IMG/VR virus record: IMGVR_UViG_3300032038_000044 | Coordinates: 25,221-89,220 of that record | Direction: 5' to 3' (one strand) | DNA: 64,000 nucleotides | Origin: a virus | Lineage: Duplodnaviria; Caudoviricetes | In this document: positions 17,366 to 24,646 of the stretch, piece by piece | Layout: each line of letters starts with the position of its first letter | Position numbering within the stretch: position 1 is the first letter of the stretch | The notes under the pieces: model-generated | What the model saw: only the letters and a program-made list of their open reading frames with translations | Told to the model about the DNA's origin: nothing | Database searches by the model: none | Position numbers and translations under genes: made by a program

Positions 17366-17638
17366 CTAGGTCCAGCCCCTTTCCCGCTTTATTTCCTCAT
17401 AGCGTTTCTCATTTTCTTCTTTTATCTTCTCTTGGTCATATACTCTCATCTTGAGCTTAGTGTAGCCATACTTGTAAAGGTCAGCTTTAGTCCAGTACCT
17501 CTTTTGACAAATCTTGCCAAGCGCCTTTGGCTTGTAGTCGATTCCTTTATTCTTCAACCATTCTTTTGTTGGTACTTCGACTAATGTACTAACTGGCTTG
17601 TATCCTTTTGAACTAAAAACTGTAACCTGTACTTTCAT
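17366..17638 (-). CDS. hypothetical basic protein (start revised to MKVQVT)
   Basis: AGAGGT RBS. Confidence 0.6.
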   Translation of the reverse strand: MKVQVTVFSSKGYKPVSTLVEVPTKEWLKNKGIDYKPKALGKICQKRYWTKADLYKYGYTKLKMRVYDQEKIKEENEKRYEEIKRERGWT

Positions 17639-17699
17639 TACTTTACCTCTTTTCTTTTGATAAATCAATTATACCATACTTTGAATAGGGTGTCAACCC

Positions 17700-18104
17700 C
17701 TATTCAAGTTCAATGTATTGTATCGCATCAGCAACCTTCTTTGAATAATGACATTTCATAAAAGGGCTATTCACTGAATACTTGTAATTAGCAACCTTTT
17801 TGTTATACTCAGTAACCTTATCATAGAAAGTAGTTTTTGAAATATCTTCATAGGTTGATTTCATAGCTTTTGCCTGGGCTGTTAATGTTTGATACTCTAC
17901 TTGATATTCTGTTATTGTTTTATCTTGATTATACTTTGTGTGTACGTCTATAATATCTAAGACACTTATTATAAGTACAGCACCAAAGATGATACCAAAA
18001 AAGAGACATATAGTAAACGTCATATCTGCATCATTATGATATGCCCTAAACATAAGTACAACCATTAATAAAACTGCAATACCTGATAAAATTTCAATTA
18101 ACAT
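17700..18104 (-). CDS. membrane protein (2 TM plus coiled segment)
   Basis: Hydrophobic N-terminus; GTGAGG RBS. Confidence 0.65.
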   Translation of the reverse strand: MLIEILSGIAVLLMVVLMFRAYHNDADMTFTICLFFGIIFGAVLIISVLDIIDVHTKYNQDKTITEYQVEYQTLTAQAKAMKSTYEDISKTTFYDKVTEYNKKVANYKYSVNSPFMKCHYSKKVADAIQYIELE

Positions 18105-18119
18105 TTTCTTTACCTCACT

Positions 18120-18278
18120 TTACTTTTCATTCATTAAAGCCTTATATGTTCTATATATATAATCGGCTTTATGCGTATTTCTTACAAGTTCCTTAAACCA
18201 TACAACCCTTATAGAGTTCGCGCCATACTTGGCAACTAGGTCATTTATCAATTCGTCTTTTGTTATTTTCTTTTTCAA
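18120..18278 (-). CDS. small hypothetical protein (52 aa, TTG start)
   Basis: Manual translation MKKKITKDELINDLVAKYGANSIRVVWFKELVRN...; GGAAGGTGG RBS. Confidence 0.5.
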   Translation of the reverse strand: MKKKITKDELINDLVAKYGANSIRVVWFKELVRNTHKADYIYRTYKALMNEK

Positions 18279-18325
18279 TCTACCACCTTCCTTATTTTAT
18301 TCTTCTTTCCTTACCTTATGTACCC

Positions 18326-18481
18326 ATTATACACCCTCACCAATGTCATTACAAGGTGTAATAATGCACAAAATTGCGGGAGTTTCATCACTAATCTTTG
18401 TGCAACTTTCTACTTGACAAAACCACCCAAACCATGTTATAATAGAATTTACTGGTCGTTTGGAAAGCGAACGACCAGCCC
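18326..18481. repeat. cassette unit K: boxes 18365-18404, hairpin 18452-18478
   Basis: TTGACA 18414, TATAAT 18438. Confidence 0.85.
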
Positions 18482-18503
18482 AAGAAAGACTGGTCGTAAT
18501 TCT

Positions 18504-18923
18504 TCATAAGCAAAGAAAACTAAGTGAGTAAATATGGTTTGGCTCTAAATTTTCAAATGCTTTGCTTGTGTTAGGAAAAGCTGGAAGCCAGACAACGTCA
18601 TATCCCCAGATGCCACCATTAAGTGAAACATATCTTTGATTGTATAAAATTTGAAGAACATATTCAAAATTATTTTTTGGCGGTCTGCCTGGGCGATTCC
18701 TAGTTATTGGTTGTTTTAATTTTCTAATACCGGCAACTTTGTTTCTAAAAGGTGCAATAATATTCTTTATATATTCTCTCTCTTCTTCTGTGAGTACGTT
18801 TCTTCTTTCGCAAAGTGGAGCATCAAAGAAATTTTCTCTTGTATTACCATAGCGCCCCTCTTCTTTATCTTTTTTGGAGCGACCTTCATATCCAGTCCAC
18901 TCGATGTATTCTTTTTCTTTCAT
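18504..18923 (-). CDS. hypothetical protein, C-terminal domain shared with 19954-20379
   Basis: LTEEEREYIKNIIAPFRNKV...LPAF vs LDAVEKKYLSDVIRPFRSKI...LPYF. Confidence 0.65.
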   Translation of the reverse strand: MKEKEYIEWTGYEGRSKKDKEEGRYGNTRENFFDAPLCERRNVLTEEEREYIKNIIAPFRNKVAGIRKLKQPITRNRPGRPPKNNFEYVLQILYNQRYVSLNGGIWGYDVVWLPAFPNTSKAFENLEPNHIYSLSFLCL

Positions 18924-19193
18924 TTAAGCCACCACCTCTCTGCGTTCTGCCCTAAGTTCCTTAATTGACTTAGGACGCTCTTTCCACTTGCCAAGTTCAT
19001 CATCGAGTATCTGCTCAAAGACGCTTGGTCTATACACAAAACCCTCTTTGGCAGGTGTAATCGGTTTAAACTTACCCTTACAACCGAATGGCTCATTGAC
19101 CGGTACTAACTTGACCTGTTTAACAGTATCATTAGCGACCTCATTATAATTTGTTGTTACATCATTACCCTTTACATAAAATACAGTTCTCAT
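18924..19193 (-). CDS. hypothetical protein
   Basis: ORF with GTGAGG RBS and upstream promoter. Confidence 0.6.
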   Translation of the reverse strand: MRTVFYVKGNDVTTNYNEVANDTVKQVKLVPVNEPFGCKGKFKPITPAKEGFVYRPSVFEQILDDELGKWKERPKSIKELRAERREVVA

Positions 19194-19249
19194 ACCTTAA
19201 ATCCTCACTTTTATTTTTTTCTTTATTATATCATGGGGGTGACTAATTG

Positions 19250-19681
19250 TCAACCCTCATGTTCATTAATTTCTTTCTTAATTGCATTGATAGCAATTAA
19301 AATCTGTTCTTCAATAGTCGCACAAGTATTCTCATAGCTGAAAGATGTTTCATCCTTTATAGCCTCGATATATGACATTATCTCGCCAAGGTCGAAATAG
19401 TCCATCTCAAGCTTTGCAAGGTTAATACCCTTGACAATATCAAGACCATCTTCATCCTCACCCTCAAGGTATCCAACATACATCCAACGAGCATCCTCTT
19501 CTGATTCATCATAGAATGTAATATACATTCCATCAAGAAGATTGTCTATAACGACTTTATTCTGTGCAACCTTTTTAGCAATTTCTCTTAATAACTCACA
19601 AGCATTAACAAAAGCAACATTATATGCAAGTCTATCAAGCTCCTCATTATACTTCTTCATCATTTCTCCAAAAATACTCAT
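19250..19681 (-). CDS. hypothetical acidic protein
   Basis: ORF with AGGAAGG RBS. Confidence 0.65.
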   Translation of the reverse strand: MSIFGEMMKKYNEELDRLAYNVAFVNACELLREIAKKVAQNKVVIDNLLDGMYITFYDESEEDARWMYVGYLEGEDEDGLDIVKGINLAKLEMDYFDLGEIMSYIEAIKDETSFSYENTCATIEEQILIAINAIKKEINEHEG

Positions 19682-19716
19682 AATTTTGTACCTTCCTTCC
19701 TTAACTTTGTAAGCTA

Positions 19717-19872
19717 ATTATACACCCTAGCATGTAAATAAGTCATCTGACAAAATCACCAAAATAATGGGAACTTGTTTGTTAAAATTTGTATAATTTT
19801 CCCTCTTGACAAAACACCCTAACCTGTGGTATAATAGAAGCACTGCGCGTTTGAAGTGAAAACGCGCAGCCC
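19717..19872. repeat. cassette unit L: degenerate boxes 19756-19795, hairpin 19843-19869
   Basis: TTGACA 19806, TATAAT 19830. Confidence 0.8.
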
Positions 19873-19953
19873 AATCTCTCGGACTGCCTCGCTCTCACAC
19901 GACTTATTTTTGGTTAGGTAGTCGCCAAACCTAGACCTTAAAGGCGGTCGCGC

Positions 19954-20379
19954 CTATAACCCGAGGTCTTTTAGTGTGTACTTTGTTCCTATATCCATAC
20001 CTTTATACATATTGCTTTTGCCACTAAAGTATGGAAGGCAAACATGGTCTTTCTGAAGTTTAATCAGTATATAGTATTCACCAAAGCTGTGCTGTTTTGA
20101 AATGTATTCAATCTTACTTCTAAAAGGTCTGATAACATCACTTAGATATTTCTTCTCAACGGCGTCAAGCACCGGTGTGTGATATTCTTTGTTGAGAAAG
20201 TCCATTTCTCTTTTATCACAACTAACGCTATAACATCCATAATGCTCATCGTGACTACCCTCAATAACGCTCTTTAGAACTTCTCCGTCTATGTTATAGG
20301 CTAACACTTCCTTTACAAACTGTGGATGTTCTTTGATAATTACTTCAAAATTTGTCATTCTCTTATTCCTCACTCTCAC
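19954..20379 (-). CDS. hypothetical protein (paralogous C-terminus to 18504-18923)
   Basis: Shared motif, ends YTLKDLGL. Confidence 0.65.
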   Translation of the reverse strand: MRVRNKRMTNFEVIIKEHPQFVKEVLAYNIDGEVLKSVIEGSHDEHYGCYSVSCDKREMDFLNKEYHTPVLDAVEKKYLSDVIRPFRSKIEYISKQHSFGEYYILIKLQKDHVCLPYFSGKSNMYKGMDIGTKYTLKDLGL

Positions 20380-20680
20380 TTAATAATGTGTATGATACAT
20401 ATTTATCATCACTTTTCTTTGCAGTATCTTCGCAATCGAGCTTAACTCGAACCTCTGCCCCACACTGAAGCTCGTCTGAGTCAAACTCAATACGTTCTCC
20501 GTTGTTAGCAAGTACAGTAATCCAACCATTAACGTCAGTGATAACTGTGCCATCAACGTATCTATAATCTGTGGTTGCCTTGTATAATCTGCCAACTACC
20601 CATAAACCAGCTACTAATACAATAGTAGTAATAACTATACTAATGATACCGAATACTCTGTCAACTTTCTTTGTTTCCAT
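20363..20680 (-). CDS. membrane-anchored protein (1 TM plus beta domain)
   Basis: N-terminal TM helix; GTGAGG RBS. Confidence 0.6.
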   Translation of the reverse strand: METKKVDRVFGIISIVITTIVLVAGLWVVGRLYKATTDYRYVDGTVITDVNGWITVLANNGERIEFDSDELQCGAEVRVKLDCEDTAKKSDDKYVSYTLLSESEE

Positions 20681-20810
20681 AACCTTACCTCACTTATTTT
20701 CTTTAATTTATTATAGCAAATTTTTTTAAGTTTGTCAACAAGGGAATTACTAAGGTTGACTTTTCAAACTATGCTACTGAGTGCCATTCTGTTCCCTCTT
20801 GACATTATTA

Positions 20811-20965
20811 AGTATAACAAAACAAGAGAGAGAATACTACTGGCAAAATGCACAAAATTGCGGGAGGGGGCGACACCTAGGTTTGTGCATTTTTGCCATT
20901 GACAAAACCTCAGGACTGTGGTACAATGCAAATTACTGCACGCTTGGGGCGCGAGCGTGCAGCCC
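20811..20965. repeat. cassette unit M: boxes 20849-20889, hairpin 20936-20962
   Basis: TTGACA 20899, TACAAT 20922. Confidence 0.85.
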
Positions 20966-21013
20966 AATAAAAAATGGCTCGGAGTTTCACCGAGCCGTGG
21001 AGGAGGATTATGC

Positions 21014-21322
21014 CTAGCAGTAAACTAGGCTCATGTCTGCCCATTTTAGGATGCTGATTTGCTGACAATCTCTGCCGACTCTCAGCGCCTTTGTCTTGGT
21101 TGGTTCGCGGTGGCTTTTGTCGATGTAGTAAATGCCCTTGCTAAACCATACACCACAATTTCCATTGTATTCCTTGATGGCTTTCATAGCTTCCTCAGGT
21201 GTCTTGCACTCGACACCCTCTGTCGCTACTTGATAACCGGTCTTAAACTTAACGCGCTTACCATTCTTTAAAGTCATTCCGTCATCTTCCTTTAAGTTCT
21301 TAATACTTCTTACATTTATCAT
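21014..21322 (-). CDS. hypothetical protein
   Basis: ORF with AGGAAGG RBS. Confidence 0.65.
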   Translation of the reverse strand: MINVRSIKNLKEDDGMTLKNGKRVKFKTGYQVATEGVECKTPEEAMKAIKEYNGNCGVWFSKGIYYIDKSHREPTKTKALRVGRDCQQISILKWADMSLVYC

Positions 21323-21357
21323 AGGTTTGTACCTTCCTTTCCTTACCTTGTAACTAC

Positions 21358-21510
21358 ATTATAGCACGACACCCCACCGAGGTCCATAGGCAGATTGCAC
21401 AAAAATCGGGATACCCTTTAGCCTAAGTTTGTGCAAAATGCCCCTTGACAAAACACCCTGGGTGTGTTATAATGTGCGGCACTGCTCGCTGCGCAAGTTT
21501 GCGAGCAGCC
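21358..21510. repeat. cassette unit N: boxes 21396-21435, hairpin 21482-21508
   Basis: TTGACA 21445, TATAAT 21468. Confidence 0.85.
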
Positions 21511-21644
21511 AAACAAAAAAATAGGCTCCCGCCTCAGCGAGTGCCTATAAATTAGTGGTTTTTATCCCAGCCCACCCTGGTGGCTCATACTCTGTTTTAG
21601 TTGCGCCGATTACCTGGCTACAACAATTTGGAAGGTAGGTTATG

Positions 21645-21788
21645 TCAACCCACAGGAAGAACCTGTGGTGTTGTATGCTTATAGTAGTCCTTGAAGTCCT
21701 CTCTAGCCTTCTTCTCAACTCTTTCAGTTTCAAGCATTAAGAGCATCTTATCAAGTTCATCCATGTTATTATCAAATCCGTTCATCAT
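21645..21788 (-). CDS. small protein MDELDKML...REDFKDY (paralogue 1; start revised)
   Basis: Synonymous third-position differences vs paralogue 22341-22481 support this frame. Confidence 0.7.
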   Translation of the reverse strand: MMNGFDNNMDELDKMLLMLETERVEKKAREDFKDYYKHTTPQVLPVG

Positions 21789-21863
21789 AATTTTTATCCT
21801 CACTTTCTTCCTTAACCTTATGTCTACATTATACACTTTGTTGGGGGTGTTGTCAACACCTTT

Positions 21864-22082
21864 TTAGAAAATTCTTGTAAAACTTTTTCCGCTTTCAAAA
21901 GTACGGGTTGCACTGATTACCTTAGTTGTTGACTCATAACCAAGTACAGTAACCTTTCTGTTAGCTAATGCGCTAATGAAGTTGTCAGCATTGGCGTTAA
22001 GCTCCTTATTAGAGTTGAAGTTAATTCTCCTTGTCTTTATGCCGTTGCCATCTGTAAACTTAATAACTAAACTTGTCATCAT
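21864..22082 (-). CDS. hypothetical protein
   Basis: ORF with RBS. Confidence 0.6.
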   Translation of the reverse strand: MMTSLVIKFTDGNGIKTRRINFNSNKELNANADNFISALANRKVTVLGYESTTKVISATRTFESGKSFTRIF

Positions 22083-22116
22083 AACTGTTACCTACCTTTC
22101 CTTACCTTGTAACTAC

Positions 22117-22270
22117 ATTATAACAGAGGGTCAGAGCAAAATCCATATGTAAATTGCACAAATTTCGGGATGGTTTTTGCTTTACTATTGTGCAAAATCA
22201 ACAAACAAATATATCATATATCGCCTATATATCTAAAATGCGGCGCGTTTGGGGTGATAACGCGCCGCCA
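22117..22270. repeat. cassette unit O: boxes 22155-22194, no rightward consensus promoter, hairpin 22241-22267
   Basis: CGGCGCGTT-N9-AACGCGCCG, 27 nt. Confidence 0.75.
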
Positions 22271-22340
22271 ATCAAAAAAGGGCGCTATATGCGCCCCAGT
22301 GCGTGTTATTTGTTAGAGGTCACGCTCCCCGGAAGGTAGG

Positions 22341-22481
22341 TTATGCGCCAACCGGCAATATCACCGGTGTATGCTTCTTAGTATAGTCCTTGAAGTCCTC
22401 GCGCATCTTCTTCTCTACGCGCTCAGCCTCAAGCATCATCAACATTTTATCAAGTTCATCCATATTATCATTAGTAAACAT
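22341..22481 (-). CDS. small protein (46 aa, paralogue 2), not in ORF track
   Basis: MFTNDNMDELDKMLMMLEAERVEKKMREDFKDYTKKHTPVILPVGA. Confidence 0.7.
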   Translation of the reverse strand: MFTNDNMDELDKMLMMLEAERVEKKMREDFKDYTKKHTPVILPVGA

Positions 22482-22504
22482 ATTTTCAACCCTCTCTTCC
22501 TTAA

Positions 22505-22771
22505 TTATATTACATCTATATCTTTCAACTGCTCATATATATCCTTTAGAAAGTCTCTAGCCTCTTCTCTTGCCTTGTCTATAGAAGCCTCACTGCCGTA
22601 CGTCTCTGCAATATTCATTATTTCATTAATATAATGCTCAACTAAAGTTTCTATTTGTTCAAGACTTTCAAATGCTTTTGTATCATGATAAGTTTCACCT
22701 CTTGGTAATATAGTGCCATTTATTTTATCAACCATTTCAACTAAGTCATAATTTGTTAATATTCTGCTCAT
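22505..22771 (-). CDS. hypothetical protein
   Basis: ORF with RBS. Confidence 0.65.
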   Translation of the reverse strand: MSRILTNYDLVEMVDKINGTILPRGETYHDTKAFESLEQIETLVEHYINEIMNIAETYGSEASIDKAREEARDFLKDIYEQLKDIDVI

Positions 22772-22822
22772 ATATAACCTTCTTCCTATCTATTGGTAGG
22801 TAGGGGCTTACGCCCCTAGCCT

Positions 22823-22972
22823 TTATATTGTCTTAACACTTATGAAGATACTTAGTGGCGCTACGCGCTGGAGCTGTGTCTGTCTAAGCACTTCCAGCTG
22901 TGCGAGTAAAATATCCTTTGTTACCATATAAACATTGTTTTTAACGTCTTTAACCTTATATAATTTATTCAT
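22823..22972 (-). CDS. small hypothetical protein (49 aa), not in ORF track
   Basis: MNKLYKVKDVKNNVYMVTKDILLAQLEVLRQ...; AAGGTG RBS. Confidence 0.5.
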   Translation of the reverse strand: MNKLYKVKDVKNNVYMVTKDILLAQLEVLRQTQLQRVAPLSIFISVKTI

Positions 22973-23005
22973 AACCTTATTCACCTTTCTTTGTGGATAT
23001 ATGCC

Positions 23006-23305
23006 TTATAAGCATATATCCTCTAATATATCGCAGAACATATCATTGAAGCTTTCAAGCTCATCAATATATTCCTGTGAAACACCCTTATCGCTAATAC
23101 TAGATTCCATATATTCTATAATAGCATCACCATCAATGGCACTGTTCTGTTCTCTTATAGCATCCTCTATGAACTCTTTAAGAGTATCATATGATAGACT
23201 AAATGCCTTATAAGCATCTGAGTCGTGGTCGAACTCGCGTTCATTTTCATATATATTCGCTTTTTCCAAAAACATTTCTAGAAACAATCCTAGCAATTCT
23301 AACAT
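23006..23305 (-). CDS. hypothetical acidic protein
   Basis: ORF with AAGGAG RBS. Confidence 0.6.
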   Translation of the reverse strand: MLELLGLFLEMFLEKANIYENEREFDHDSDAYKAFSLSYDTLKEFIEDAIREQNSAIDGDAIIEYMESSISDKGVSQEYIDELESFNDMFCDILEDICL

Positions 23306-23363
23306 AACCTTATCTCCTTATTAATATCTATGTGGTAGGTAGAGGGCTTTCGCCCTCTAGCCT

Positions 23364-23759
23364 TTAGTATTCCATTGACTCAAGTTCATATGCCTCTAAG
23401 AGTGTAAGCTCTGACTTAACACACATTAAAGCATCAACTTCTGCTCTATATTTCAAAGTCTTTAACTTATTATTGTTACTTGGATTATAAAGAGCTAAGT
23501 CTATAAAACCCTCAAGTGCTCTCTTAGCCTCTTCAATAGCATTGCTAAGAGCTTCAAGAGCTTCCCATACCTCAAGCTCCTTGTCATCGTTAAAATATGG
23601 GTCTATATCGTCTTTATAATTAGATATTGCTATATATCTCGAGGCTCTAACCTCAGCTATTGCGCTGTCATCGCCAAAAGTGCGGACTGCGGCACGCCAA
23701 GCAAGTTCAGCTTCTTTGCTCATATTTTTTACAAGTTTCTGAATTGATTTCATTTCCAT
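23364..23759 (-). CDS. hypothetical helical protein
   Basis: ORF with RBS. Confidence 0.6.
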   Translation of the reverse strand: MEMKSIQKLVKNMSKEAELAWRAAVRTFGDDSAIAEVRASRYIAISNYKDDIDPYFNDDKELEVWEALEALSNAIEEAKRALEGFIDLALYNPSNNNKLKTLKYRAEVDALMCVKSELTLLEAYELESMEY

Positions 23760-23798
23760 AATATTATAACCTACCTTTCTTATCCTTAGTGGTAGAGG

Positions 23799-24032
23799 CT
23801 AAGCCTCTACCTTTATAAGTTTTTCTTCTATATCAAGCAATACGCTCTGTAAATCTACAAGAGTGTCGTTATATACAACCCCTAAATCGCTATATACTGC
23901 GCCGTCCTGGCAGTCTACATCGTCAAGGATCGCCTTGATAGCCTTAACGATTGGCTCAAGACTTGATTTAATGGCTTCAAGTTCTGCCTTTGTGTCTACA
24001 CTTCTAACAATAGTTTTTAATTCTTTGCTCAT
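23799..24032 (-). CDS. hypothetical helical protein
   Basis: ORF with RBS and upstream promoter. Confidence 0.6.
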   Translation of the reverse strand: MSKELKTIVRSVDTKAELEAIKSSLEPIVKAIKAILDDVDCQDGAVYSDLGVVYNDTLVDLQSVLLDIEEKLIKVEA

Positions 24033-24139
24033 AATTTTGTACCTACCTTTTTAATTTTTTTTGTAGTACCTCTTTACTACTCTTTAATTATACTGCTTTG
24101 TTTGTTGTTTGTCAACAACTTTTTATTTTTTATAAAGAT

Positions 24140-24186
24140 TTTTTGAAATTGTTTTCAAATCATCGCTTTGGATTTGTTATCTTTTC
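24140..24186. repeat. 46/47-bp repeat copy 2
   Basis: Matches 12924-12969. Confidence 0.85.
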
Positions 24187-24565
24187 CTTATCTTTATGAG
24201 TTAATTATAACATCAACCTTTGACATTGTAAAGCACAAAAAAGCATTTTATGGCATTTTTTGTTGATTTCATCGCTTTTCACAAAAACAACTATAACCTT
24301 TTGTGCATAATGCACAATCGTTCATCTGTTCGACTTTTTGAGGGCGGTCTCGCACAGCTGTTCGATGTTAGCAGAGGCTAACACTACGCCCCATTCATGG
24401 GGGGCGTACCTTATAGGAAAAATGGCGTAAAATCAACGTTTTTGACTTTTCCTGACCAACTACAGCACCAAAAATTACATCTGTAACAAGTTACGTCTGT
24501 TATTTCAATTACGATTCCTAATTACACCACAACAAAACGCAGTTTTGTTGTTTTTTCTATTTTCC

Positions 24566-24594
24566 TTGACATCCACCAAAATTTTTGGTATACT
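24566..24594 (+). promoter_or_regulatory. sigmaA promoter with internal palindrome ACCAAAATTTTTGGT
   Basis: TTGACA-17-TATACT; palindrome 24575-24589. Confidence 0.75.
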
Positions 24595-24646
24595 ATATAT
24601 AGATGGTGAGATAAATATCCATCAATAAACAACAGGAGATAAAACA

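Noticed and set aside
21642-21740. Plus-strand 32-aa hydrophobic peptide (MSTHRKNLWCCMLIVVLEVL...) as a type I toxin
   Set aside because: In the paralogous locus the equivalent ATG (22343) gives a 12-aa ORF in another frame, and synonymous changes favour the minus-strand protein
6448-22267. CRISPR array (31-bp direct repeats or the 27-nt hairpins)
   Set aside because: Only two 31-bp copies with a variable core and a 66-bp gap. The hairpins are kilobases apart and differ in sequence. No cas genes.
6655-24050. True integron
   Set aside because: No IntI-like recombinase in the window, and the hairpins lack attC R-box GTTRRRY/RYYYAAC ends; kept only as an analogy
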